Source of the DNA: Haliotis rubra
Taxonomy: Eukaryota
Reading direction: 5' to 3'
Assembly: GCF_003918875.1 (NCBI RefSeq)
Contig: NW_025767291.1
Span: 434,001 to 498,000 of the forward strand
DNA length: 64,000 bases
The notes under the pieces were generated by a model. The model saw nothing but the letters and a program-made list of their open reading frames with translations. It was not told the origin of the DNA and did no database searches. Below are positions 12,938-25,100 of this stretch, piece by piece (positions within the stretch are counted from its first letter, which is position 1; every line of letters starts with the position of its first letter). Made by a program: the position numbers and the translations under genes.

Positions 12938-13362
12938 GGTCTCTCAGTCCCCGAACATCAGTTTGCCTTCTGCCAGCTCTTTCTTCAATGCTAAAGCCCT
13001 AAATGAAGCCATTCTAGATTTTCTCATGGTCTGGTTTGGAATCTCTGCTCCTTTTAATTTTAAAACTATTGGTTTGTTTCTATCTATATTATATACATTC
13101 GGAGACTAAGCACCAGTCTAGGTTTTCTCTAAACAGTTCATTCAGACAACCTACACCACAAGGCTCCCTTGACTAACACTTACTCTCTGAAGTATATCAT
13201 TTTGACTGTAACAAATAAACCCATTTAATTTGAAAAGAAGACCCAGGGACCAGAGATTCAGACCTGTGGAAATCTAGACCAGCTTCATTTAAGGCTTTAG
13301 CATTGCTGGGAAGACCCTGCTGTATGGAAAATAACATGGTTCAGGGACTGTGAGACAGACTG
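12938..13362. mobile_element. Inverted pair of ~190-bp TAGTCCCTGAA-core elements (12938-13120 minus; 13169-13362 plus)
   Basis: Both share GAAATCTAGA..GCTTCATTTA.GGCTTTAGCATTG and degenerate terminal TAGTCCCTGAA / TTCAGGGACT. Confidence 0.7.
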
Positions 13363-13591
13363 AAGGCTCCCTGACAGGCATTCCCCTAGGCCAGTACAAG
13401 CAGGGAGCAAAGAAGCCCTTGTCTTGACATGGAACTGGGTTGCAGTTGTCAGTGGGGCAGGAGCCATTACTGAACACAAGATGGCCTCGAAGATGCCGCG
13501 CGCCCCATGTTCTAAACTGCATGTTTGAAGGCAAAGATAATCAATTACACTGGCCGCCACTTGGCTCTATTGTGAATTACAGACTGAATGC

Positions 13592-16500
13592 AGCAGAGGC
13601 CTGATGCATGCTGGGAGCAGACATTTGCACATCCTGCAACAAAGTCGTGTCACACGTTCAGCCGATCTCGTAACTAGCCCTGCTATAGTGGATCGGGAAG
13701 GTTTTAACGAAATTGAATTTGGTTGAAACAAACGTAATCCTGTCACAGTTCCAGGATGAGGAAGGATCAAGATGCCGTTTGGTGTCCGAAAATAGTTCCG
13801 GCATGTGCAAATATGATATTTTATTCATTGATCAAAAAGGTTTTTTTGTTTCTTCACACATGCTATCGATAAGGCAGGCTGCTTGTTGAATCAACACATG
13901 CACACACAGGGCAGATCTTTGTGTCTTAATCATAATGCAATACTGGCCATTTCAACCGACTTGTTCATTCTTTACACCCTATATGGCTATGATAATGTTA
14001 CCTTCTACCAAGATCTACACTCTCATGTCACAAGGGACTCTGCCCATCAATACATTGAGTAAGGCGTAAGTTACGTGAATGTAATCGATTCCCAGCCTGG
14101 AACAAGTCTCAAATAATCTAATGGTGGATCTCATCAATGCTGCCTTGATGTGCAACTTTAAAAGCCAAAGCGTCCTCTACATGCCTGAGATAAAAGCTAC
14201 TTTCAGCAAAGTCCTCCTCGATATTGACACTCTCAAAATCAACGAACTCCTCAATAAATTGTTTATTGTCAAAAGTGCCACACGACCAGGATATCTTAGC
14301 AGTAAGATTGTCATGTGATTAAGTGTGGTAGTTACGATCACCTTGTGCTTCAACTGTTATAAAACCATATTCAAGTATTGGAATTACGGTCATCTTTGTG
14401 ATACGATTGTCATCAGTCTATGTTAAGCATGGGACTTACAAGGTGCTTGTACTGTTGTCGTAAGTGTTAAGCATATGGTTACGATCACTTTATTGTCCAC
14501 TACCCACTTAGTCCATAATGTAAGCACCTGAAAACATCTACATTCTTCATCAATCGGCAATTAAGTGCTCAAGTTTACACTGCAAGAGAACTTGACAACC
14601 TAACAGTGTGGAAACTTTAGTACAGAAAGTTAAAAGTAAATTCACCATCAGAAAACATCTATCCTGATCAGTCTCCCCCACTGCACTTCGACAGTCACTG
14701 TGTCGACTTGTTGTTCCCCAGGACATATGTGTAATCATGTTTACATGCAATTGATTTTCAGAAGCGAGAACTTGAGAATTAAGAGAGTGGAAAAATTAGT
14801 ACACAGACTGTTAGGACCAAATTTCTCTGCGCATCTCTTCTTAACTGAATATGAAGTCTCTGAAAATGATTAACTCTTTCAACACCAGTCAACCAGAGGC
14901 ATTTAGTGCCATGACACCGAGTTCCCAGAGACTCTGAGGTCACAGATGAAGCCTATGTTTATGAAGGAAATTATAAGCTTGTAAAACGTTATTGCTACTA
15001 CATCCCATACACCATTTAAAAGATCTAATCCTACTGTTGATAAATATGACGTTTATTTTTATAATATTATTCAAATACTACAACTACAACTTCTGTAAAA
15101 TAAAATAATTTTTTTTTAATGAAAATGCAAGCTTACATTTATAACCTCCCGATAAACCACTGAAGGAAGCAAAAACTATGGCGATTATTTTCAATTTGTG
15201 ACATGTCATAACATGTCCGTGCCTTTTTCTTTCATATTTTCATTTTTCGTAATCAGAAAATTATTATAAAAAGATTTCTTAAATAATATGTATGATCAAG
15301 CCTATTTCCCTATATCTGTGGCTTTCCGCCGGGTAACATGACATAACAACGGAAAATACCTCCGCTGAAGCTTCAGATGAAAACATGGCAGGCTTAATCG
15401 CTTGATGTCGGTATCGTTCGAAGCTCTGAACCTCAACAACATCACTGAACCCTTGCCGAGAGTATTTTCACAGTTGTAAGAAGCGATTTTATTGATAAAA
15501 TTGGTTTCTAATGACGCTTTTCGCTTACAGTCTGCTTTAAGGGTCGTGATTAGTCAAAATCAGACACGCGACATGAGGCAGCCAATCATATTACGGCAAT
15601 GGATACCGTCCTCGTGAAACGAAAAAATCTCCAGATTTAGGCGAAAGTTTTGGGTAAAATAACGCTATTTTGAACATATTAAGCAAGAAATCGCTACATA
15701 TACGTGAAATTATGGAACCTATTGGACGTGATCGTGCTAGGTTATGACCTATGACAAAAATGCTTCATGTACATATTTTCGCATTAAACATCGTGGTCCG
15801 GCGCTGAAGATTGAGGCGGCGTATGAGCCGAGATGTCAGTTGTCAGTGACTTGACTTACATTACATGATCGCACAAAAAGATGGAAATAGTAATTTTATA
15901 TGTGTCGTTTGACAACTTTTATGAATGCTATTGTTGATTTTATTCATTAGTTTATTCAATTTATTTAATGAATTCCTCGGGAAACATCGTTATTTTGCTC
16001 GAGCAGAGGCCTGATGCATGCTGGGAGCAGACATTTGCACATCCTGCAACAAAGTCGTGTCACACGTTCAGCCGATCTCAGTAATTCAGCCCTGCTATAG
16101 TGGATCGGGAAGGTTTTAACGAAATTGAATTTGGTTGAAACAAAGCGTAATCCTGTCACAGTTCCAGGATGAGGAAGGATCAAGATGCCGCTTTGGTGTC
16201 CGAAAATAGTTCCGGCATGTGCAAATATGATATTTTATTCATTGATCAAAAGGGTTTTTGTTTCTTCACACATGCTATCGATAAGGCAGGCTGCTTGTTG
16301 AATCAACACATGCACACACACGGCAGATCTTGGTGTCTTAATCATAATGCAATACTGGCCATTTCAACCGACTTGTTCATTCTTTACACCCTATATGGCT
16401 ATGATAATGTTACCTTCTACCAAGATCTACACTCTCATGTCACAAGGGACTCTGCCCATCAATACATTGAGTAAGGCGTAAGTTACGTGAATGTAATCGA

Positions 16501-17285
16501 TTCCCAGCCTGGAACAAGTCTCAAATAATCTAATGGTGGATCTCATCAATGCTGCCTTGATGTACAACTTTAAAAGCCAAAGCGTCCTCTACATGCCTGA
16601 GATAAAAGCTACTTTCAGCAAAGTCCTCCTCGATATTGACACTCTCAAAATCAACGAACTCCTCAATAAATTGTTTATTGTCAAAAGTGCCACACGACCA
16701 GGATATCTTAGCAGTAAGATTGTCATGTGATTAAGTATGGTAGTTACGACCACCTTGTGCTTCAACTGTTATAAAACCATATTCAAGTATTGGAATTACG
16801 GTCATCTTTGTGATACGATTGTCATCAGTCTATGTTAAGTATGGGACTTACAAGGTGCTTGTACTGTTGTCGTAAGTGTTAAGCATATGGTTACGATCAC
16901 TTTATTGTCCACTATCCACTTAGTCTATAATGTAAGCACCTGAAAACATCTATGTTCTTCATCAATCGGCAATTAGGTGCTCAAGTTTACACTGCAAGAG
17001 AACTTGACAACCTAACAGTGTGGAAACTTTAGTACAGAAAGTTAAAAGTAAATTCACCATCAGAAAACATCTATCCTGATCAGTCTCCCCCACTGCACTT
17101 CGACAGTCACTGTGTCGACTTGTTGTTCCCCAGGACATATGTGTAATCATGTTTACATGCAACTGATTTTCAGAAGCGAGAATTTGAGAATTAAGAGAGT
17201 GGAAAAATTAGTACACAGACTGTTAGGACAAAATTTCTCTGCCCATCTCTTCTTAAGTGAATAGGAAGTCTCTGAAAATGATTAA
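13592..17285 (+). repeat. Direct duplication of 1.28 kb (13592-14873 and 16002-17285)
   Basis: Roughly 20-25 differences counted by eye; both copies end at TTAA. Confidence 0.95.
14874..15810. mobile_element. Putative non-autonomous piggyBac-like element
   Basis: TTAA-CTCTTTCAACACCAG at the left end; degenerate complement CCGGCGCTGAAGA-TTGA at the right end. Confidence 0.45.
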
Positions 17286-17893
17286 TATTGACAGAATCAA
17301 CCAGCTCCATTTAAATTAAAAATTAGTCTCAGTTAGCTAGGAGATTCCAGCTGAAGCTGAGGGAATTCTGGACTTGCTTCATTCAGATCTGGAGAACGAA
17401 CTGGATGATGGAGAGAGAGCAGGACAGAAGGGAAACTGGAGTGGTTCGTGAGACAGAGACTGACTACTCTTCCACCACAAGGCCGGGCAAGGAGGCAGTG
17501 AGACAGAGACTGACTACTCTTCCACCATAAGGCCGGGCAAGGAGGCAGGTTATCTGAGGTACAGGGAAGAGGGCAGAGGTCCAGGAATGGGTGGAGCAGG
17601 CAGCAGATACATACAAGGTAGTTAGCAGGAAGGGAGTGGATAAGCTGAAGCAGGCTGGGGGAATCTCCTACTTATTTCACAGACTGATTTATGAGGCAGA
17701 CAATTAGCTCCGTCCTCCACCCTCCCTCCCTCCTATTGCTTTCCTGATCTTTCACCATGGAGAATGTGTAGAGACTTTAACATGCAGGTAATTACCAGAC
17801 ACGCCATGGAGCAGTTGGATAGACTTGTTCCCAATGAAGCAAAACAACTTCTGGTGTTCAACGTCAAGAAAGAAAACATGTAGATGTGAAACC

Positions 17894-18097
17894 TACTCTG
17901 CCTCATAGTCCCTGAACCGCATTATTTTCCCTAATGACTAGCCCACCCTTCAATGCTAAAGTTCTAAATGAAGCAAGTCTAGATTTCCTCAGGTCCTGAA
18001 TCTCCCAACTCACTGGGCTCCTTTTCAATTTAATTGATTTAATTGGGCTTATTTGTTCTATCAAAATTATATATATTCAGGGACTAAGCATTGTCTA
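17894..18097 (-). mobile_element. TAGTCCCTGAA-core element, copy 3
   Basis: CTCATAGTCCCTGAA ... TTCAGGGACTAAGCA; internal homology to the other copies. Confidence 0.72.
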
Positions 18098-18112
18098 ATG
18101 AAAAATCCTTGG

Positions 18113-18417
18113 GGCCTAAAACAAAATTGCTGTGGTTCCGATTACCTGACCGACCCTTGAATTCTGGTGCCGACCCTATATTTTTTAATAAATAAAATAA
18201 GCTTTCAGATACTATTATTTTTTCCTGGCACTGACGGACAATGGCCATTCTGATAAAGAATGTTGAAATGATGGAATAAACAATTACACATTGATAAAAC
18301 TGTTATTAGTTCGCCCTTTACTTCTCAAACAAATGGGTTTTTTTAAATATTCCTACCTACCTATCCTAAATTTTCAAGAGGGGTAATCGGAACCACAACA
18401 TTTTTTTTATTTTGCCT
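18113..18417. mobile_element. MITE with GGC/GCC ends, right flank TAA (superfamily uncertain)
   Basis: Inverted core TGTGGTTCCGATTACC / GGTAATCGGAACCACA behind A/T tracts. Confidence 0.7.
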
Positions 18418-18883
18418 AAGTAAAAATTAGAAAGATTCTGTCATAGCCTATGCTGAAGTGCTTTATCTGGTGGCCCATCTTGTCACTGGCAGATCTCTTA
18501 CACTTGGGTGTCAATGACTGGGGATCCACTCCTCTCTGAGTGGTGGGACCTGCTGTTCCTGAACAATCTCATCTGACATCAATGATGGCTATCTGGGGAT
18601 ATCAGTTCAGATGACAAGTCTACCTCCATTTATTTCTGTCTAGTAAGTCTGACCCTAGACAAAAAATTACAAAGGAGTCCAACTCAAAAAATGTTTTGAC
18701 AGTCTAAATAGCCTCAACTTCAAAACTAAGTACTGTTTTAGGTTCTGTTCGAACTTTTTTCTATATTTTGTAGATAGGTATATATATTGAAAAACTATTG
18801 AAACAGTTCACTTTATTTCAGGGACTATATGTCAGTAAACAGTCTGTACACAGTCTACCAACAGTCTTAACATGCACAACACT

Positions 18884-19233
18884 CAGGGATTTACATGGAG
18901 TTCTGTATTTCAGGGTCCCTGGGACTCATACTCTTAATTTTCAGGGGTCCTTGACAACAAAATGGGGGTCCCAGATACTTAAATATTATTATTTATACTT
19001 TTATTGTATTGTGTATCATGATCATCACATTGTTACAGTAATTAAATTGCAAATAATACCATAACCCAGCTAGTAGCAAACTCAGTGATAACGTATTGAC
19101 ACTTGATTGGAATTTGTACAAAAAGTATTTAGACTTTTCCGGAGTCCCTGTGGACGCACTAATAAATTTTGTTGCGTCCATTGTCAATTTTTATGCATAT
19201 AGGACGCAGGAATTCGCGTCCTGTAAATCCCTG
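18884..19233. mobile_element. MITE (CAG...CTG termini)
   Basis: TIR CAGGGATTTACA / TGTAAATCCCTG; TSD not clearly preserved. Confidence 0.72.
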
Positions 19234-19920
19234 CAGACTCAACTGCTCTTCAAAGACTTTGAGTTAAGAGGTGACCAATACTCAGAGACCTGAGGCGTGG
19301 GATGTGAGCTGGTGGTTGAGATGCAGATCTCAACACCATCATGTAAATTGAGCCATGTAAAAACTAAAATCTAACTTGGAGTTAAAAGGCAACCAATGCT
19401 CGCAGTGGGTGGGTGATGTGAGTCGGTGGGTGAGTGATGTGAGTCGTTATGATGGTGTTGAGATCTGCATCCTGTCAGAACGGCCATGCAAAGACCCAAT
19501 CTAACTAGAGAGTTAAATAGCAACCAATGCTCAGAGATCCTAGGTGTAGGATTTAAGCTGGTCTCTGGGATACAGATCTCAACACCATCATGTCAGAACA
19601 GCAATGCAAAGACCCAATCTAACTTTCCCGATCTGTGTGATGTGTCAACGGTCTTCACAACGTGTCTGCCATGGAAATCCACCTGTCAGACTCTACTTAA
19701 CAAGTCACTCACTATATAAGTGGCATTAAGGGGTCAGTGGGCTCCATCCCTGGTGTCTCAGTGTCCATGGCAACCAGTAACTTCGCCATCTTATCATTTA
19801 CTGGGACTTATATCAGTCAGCTAAAGCTGATAACTTGGTGAAATATACTAATAGAGGTCTTACACCCGAGCTTTTAAGACATTATTTTGGCATGCGCACT
19901 CAGCACTATTCTGGCTTTGG

Positions 19921-20088
19921 GTGAGGGAGGGAGTGAGTGAGGGAGTATGGTTTTACGCTGCTTTTAGCAATATTACAGCAATTTCATGGCGGGGGACTTC
20001 AGAAATAGGGTTCACACATGTGGGGAATCGAACCCAGGTCCTCGGCATGACCAGCGAACGCTTTAACAACTGGGCTACCCCACGCCCC
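19921..20088 (-). mobile_element. SINE-A
   Basis: Family consensus with a short internal deletion. Confidence 0.85.
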
Positions 20089-20412
20089 TGTTGCTATGAC
20101 AGATGTTTGTAAATAATCAGACCCATATAATAATATGGATTTCAGATTTTTCTTTATAAAATAATCAAACCAGATTGATACTGATAGGGGTTAAGATGGA
20201 AACTCAGAAGGAACAATTTCATTTTTAAACATTTCACAGGTCAGCCAAGTTCAAATGTAGCATTCAATTCTAGGTTTATGAATATACTTTTATTTGCACA
20301 TAGACAATGATTAACTTTTATGGACCAATATATCGTGATACTACAAAAATGTCCATGTAACCCTAAGTTAATTTCAGACAATGTTAATAGCAGTCTGTGA
20401 CTTTTCTAGTCG

Positions 20413-20577
20413 GAGTGAGTGAGTGAGGTAAAATTTAACGTCACATCAGCAGTATTGCAGCCATGTCGTGACGAGGATTCGAATAAGAAATAAACCGTAA
20501 TAAATAAAGCCAAAACATAAAACCCTGTCAATGAAGGGCAATAAAATAACTAGATGATAACAGATATAGATATAAAA
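20413..20577 (-). mobile_element. Short retroposed 3' end (candidate LINE 3' UTR) with SINE-like tail
   Basis: Minus strand: AT-rich body, then CGTCACGACATGGCTGCAATACTGCTGATGTGACGTTAAA and (ACTC)n. Flanked by imperfect TSD CTTTT(A)CTAGTC(G/A)GA. Confidence 0.6.
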
Positions 20578-20691
20578 CTTTTACTAGTCAGAAGCTAGAG
20601 TCCAATAAAGCATACTTTAAGAGTATCATTATCAAATCTACATTAAAACCTACTGACAACATTCTGATGGAGGTCTGCTCTGAGCTGAATA

Positions 20692-20852
20692 GGGCGGTGG
20701 GGTAGCCTAATGGTTAAAGTGTTGGCTCGTCACGCCGAAGACCCAGGTTCGAATCCCCACATGGGCACAATGTGTGAAGCCCATTTCTGGTGTCCCCCGC
20801 CGTGATGTTGCTGGAATATTACTTAAAGCAGCGTAAAACCAAACTCAGTCAG
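20692..20852 (+). mobile_element. SINE-A, (CAGT)n-tail subfamily
   Basis: GGGCGGTGGGGTAGCCTAATGG...GGTTCGAATCCCC...; TSD TCTGAGCTGAATA. Confidence 0.92.
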
Positions 20853-21661
20853 TCTGAGCTGAATACTGCTGTAATTTGAACTTTCAATCTATCATATTTC
20901 AATCATTATATTCTGTCTACATGGTGTTAATAGATCACTGCAAGAAACACCCATATTTTATCCCAATTGTGCCTGCGAATGATAAGGCGGCAGCTTGTTA
21001 GATATTTGTAAATCTAGCAACAGACACTGGCCTGACTTGATGTGTGGGGGGAATATTTGGTCAAAGCCTAACAACTGACTGCTCTAAGATGACACTAATC
21101 CACTTCATTTTTCAGGGGCTTTGTGATAAAGCTGTTGAAAGGCCCTCATCACGAGACTGACCACTGATAGCAGGCTCTACCACAAAAAGTAAATATCTGA
21201 AGTTAATCCGATATGAGTTTTATACCCTGGTCAGTATTGTCCTGTATCTCCCCACCATCAGCGTGCCCATGGACAATCTGCATCACTGTAGAATGTTGCC
21301 TCCAGAAGACAATCTGTTTGGTTTAGCTGTGATAGGATCTGGCAGTGGTAGGACCTGGCCACATGTGTGAGCACTTAGCTGGACTGGACAGTTACACTTG
21401 ACCGGTGTGGGAATGTGGCCCAGCTGGAGGTAATCCGATGTGTATCTAGGATCAGACAATAGCATTCTTCTGGGTCTGGGGATGATTCTGAGGGGGTGAA
21501 TCTCTCCTGATTGAAGAGAGTCTGATGCCACTGACCACAGCCAGTGGAAGTATTTAGCACCTGTCCACTCACCTCAAGTGCCTCATGTAATATGTACCCT
21601 TCAGATCCTACTTGGACATCGGGATCTGGCGCTAATTCATACTTCACACACTTTGAAACTA

Positions 21662-21971
21662 GCGAGCGAGTTTAGTTTAACGCTGCTTTTAGTAATATTT
21701 CAATATCACAGCAGGAACAGAAATGGGCTCCACATATTGTAACATGTGGGGAATCGAACCCAGGTCTTCGGCGTGATGAGCAAACACTTAACCACTAGGC
21801 TACCCCACGTCTATTTGACATTAATGAGTGAGTGAGCATGGTTTTATGCTGCTTTTAGCACTATTCCAAATAGGCTGGGGGTCACACTTCACACATTGTA
21901 CCAATCTGGGGAATCGAACCCAGGTCTTCAATGCGATGAGCGAACGCTTTAACCACTAGGCTACCCCACCG
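21662..21971 (-). mobile_element. Two adjacent SINE-A copies (21662-21809, 21826-21971)
   Basis: Both carry GGGGAATCGAACCCAGGTCTTC...AACCACTAGGCTACCCCAC. Confidence 0.85.
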
Positions 21972-23358
21972 TCTCTTTGCATTTTTAAACATTTTTAAAT
22001 ATTTTTTACCATATTTTTGCACCATCACAGAAGGGGCACCACAAAGGGGCTTCACACACTGCATGATGGTGGAAAGTCTATCCCAAGCATTAAGAAACCT
22101 CTGACCCCTCTCCTACCCACCTAACACTGACACTGACCTACAAGAGTCAAACAGCAAGTCAATCCAGTCTAGAAAAAATATAATATTCTTCCCGAAAGAT
22201 GAAGACTTCAGAGATGTTACAGAAGAAGCCAAGTATGTACCATCTCTTTCTCAAGCATTCAGAAGAATACCATGAATCAAAATACCGTTTTCATGTTCTC
22301 GCCGACTAAGGTAACATCGCTTTCAAAGGTGCCAACAGACCAAAACGAAATAGAAGGTAAGGATTCCCCACGAGGGAGCTAATGTTACAGACATCTGTCG
22401 GTGTGCAACATTGTCTTATTGTTACTAGTGTGCAAGGTGGTTAGGATAATATTATCTTAGGATTGTTTCGTAAAGTTATATACTAGGTATGCTGAGGTTG
22501 AATTATATTCTCAAAACAAGGTCAAATATGCGTTAGTGAGTAATTATTGTTTAATGCCTAGGCAGTGATATTACAGTTATTTGTGGTGAGTTTTGGGCTT
22601 ATGTTTGCATATACAGAACATTCTTTTGAAATCTTAAAACTGTTAAACTATTACTTTGTCTGAAACGGGTATCACATACATGTTTATGGCACTTAAATAT
22701 TTATATGAGTGCAATAATTCTGAATGCAACATTAAACCCAACTTCTATGTTATATATTCTTAGGATTGCAAATTACGCTGCTTCTTTAGAATGCGAACAG
22801 AATCTGTTGCATGTTACGCACCATGCCTTGTCAGTAATCATTTAGAATATAATAATCTACTCATTTTTGTACAGATCAACACAAGCCGATCAAAAAGATG
22901 ACTAATTATGGGGTTGGACTGGCATGTTCATTTTTCCATGGCTTTTGGTACAATTTAGTCATGTTGTCATGAAATTAATCATCCCCTGCCTCAGCCTCCA
23001 GGTGCAACACAGTTCACATCAGTATCTTCAAACTGAGCTTCACTCTCGGGTTTCACACTCACAAGACAAGTTCCCATCTCCCAGTCCAACTAAGATGGTT
23101 GTAATTAAACCCAGGACAGTCTCGGCAATGTTGGGGTGTAACTACCATTCTGAATTCATACGGCTCTGGAGCAGCTACAATTTAACATTTAAGAAATAAG
23201 TAGACTGTCAAGTTGCTCTTTTCTGTGTCAATTACTGCCAATGCCAGCTCCATCAAGTACCTTTAACCAGAGTTTCATTCCAGTTAAGCAGAAAAATTTA
23301 CATTAATTTATCCGAAGAAACAAAATAAATCATATGTCCTGTTATCCTGGTACTAGTG

Positions 23359-25100
23359 GTAGTCAGTGGAGGATATATCGTGTTATCCATGTAGTCAGTG
23401 GAGGATATACGTCCTGTTATCCATGTAGTCAGTGGAGGATATACGTCCTGTTATCCATGTAGTCAGTGGAGGATATACGTGCTGTTATCCATGTAGTCAG
23501 TGGAGGATATATGTGCTGTTATCATCCATGTAGTCAGTGGAGGATATATGTGCTGTTATCCATGTAGTCAGTGGAGGATATATGTGCTGTTATCATCCAT
23601 GTAGTCAGTGGAGGATATATGTGCTGTTATCCATGTAGTCAGTGGAGGATATATGTGCTGTTATCCATGTAGTCAGTGGAGGATATATGTGCTGTTATCC
23701 ATGTAGTCAGTGGAGGATATATGTGCTGTTGTTATCCATGTAGTCAGTGGAGGATATATGTGCTGTTATCCATGTAGTCAGTGGAGGATATATGTGCTGT
23801 TATCCATGTAGTCAGTGGAGGATATATGTGCTGTTATCCATGTAGTCAGTGGAGGATATATGTGCTGTTATCCATGTAGTCAGTGGAGGATATATGTGCT
23901 GTTATCCATGTAGTCAGTGGAGGATATATGTGCTGTTATCCATGTAGTCAGTGGAGGATATATGTGCTGTTATCCATGTAGTCAGTGGAGGATATATGTG
24001 CTGTTATCCATGTAGTCAGTGGAGGATATATGTGCTGTTATCCATGTAGTCAGTGGAGGATATATGTGCTGTTATCCATGTAGTCAGTGGAGGATATATG
24101 TGCTGTTATCCATGTAGTCAGTGGAGGATATATGTGCTGTTATCCATGTAGTCAGTGGAGGATATATGTGCTGTTATCCATGTAGTCATATGTGCTGTTA
24201 TCCATGTAGTCAGTGGAGGATATATGTGCTGTTATCCATGTAGTCAGTGGAGGATATATGTGCTGTTATCCATGTAGTCAGTGGAGGATATATGTGCTGT
24301 TATCATCCATGTAGTCAGTGGAGGATATACGTGCTGTTATCCATGTAGTCAGTGGAGGATATATGTGCTGTTATCCATGTAGTCAGTGGAGGATATATGT
24401 GCTGTTATCCATGTAGTCAGTGGAGGATATATGTGCTGTTATCCATGTAGTCAGTGGAGGATATATGTGCTGTTATCCATGTAGTCAGTGGAGGATATAT
24501 GTGCTGTTATCCATGTAGTCAGTGGAGGATATATGTGCTGTTATCCATGTAGTCAGTGGAGGATATATGTGCTGTTATCATCCATGTAGTCAGTGGAGGA
24601 TATATGTGCTGTTATCCATGTAGTCAGTGGAGGATATATGTGCTGTTATCCATGTAGTCAGTGGAGGATATATGTGCTGTTATCCATGTAGTCAGTGGAG
24701 GATATATGTGCAGTTGCTGTTATCCATGTAGTCAGTGGAGGATATATGTGCTGTTATCATCCATGTAGTCAGTGGGGGATATACGTGCTGTTATCATCCA
24801 TGTAGTCAGTGGAGGATATACGTGCTGTTATCATCCATGTAGTCAGTGGAGGATATATGTGCTGTTATCATCCATGTAGTCAGTGGAGGATATATGTGCT
24901 GTTATCATCCATGTAGTCAGTGGAGGATATACGTGCTGTTATCATCCATGTAGTCAGTGGGGGATATACGTGCTGTTATCCATGTAGTCAGTGGAGGATA
25001 TATGTGCTGTTATCATCCATGTAGTCAGTGGAGGATATACGTGCTGTTATCATCCATGTAGTCAGTGGGGGATATACGTGCTGTTATCATCCATGTAGTC
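23359..25100. repeat. 34/37-bp minisatellite
   Basis: GTAGTCAGTGGAGGATATATGTGCTGTTATC(ATC)CAT. Confidence 0.96.

Noticed and set aside
12980-13060. RKSRMASF / RKSRLASF resembling the start of a BIR domain
   Set aside because: It lies in a dispersed non-coding repeat with indels and stops; the WP and Cys/His ligands are absent.
13592-17285. LTR retrotransposon (paired LTRs)
   Set aside because: No TG...CA ends, PBS, PPT, short TSD or gag/pol between the repeats.
21283-21647. Two overlapping 82-90 aa minus-strand ORFs
   Set aside because: No recognisable domain or splice signals.
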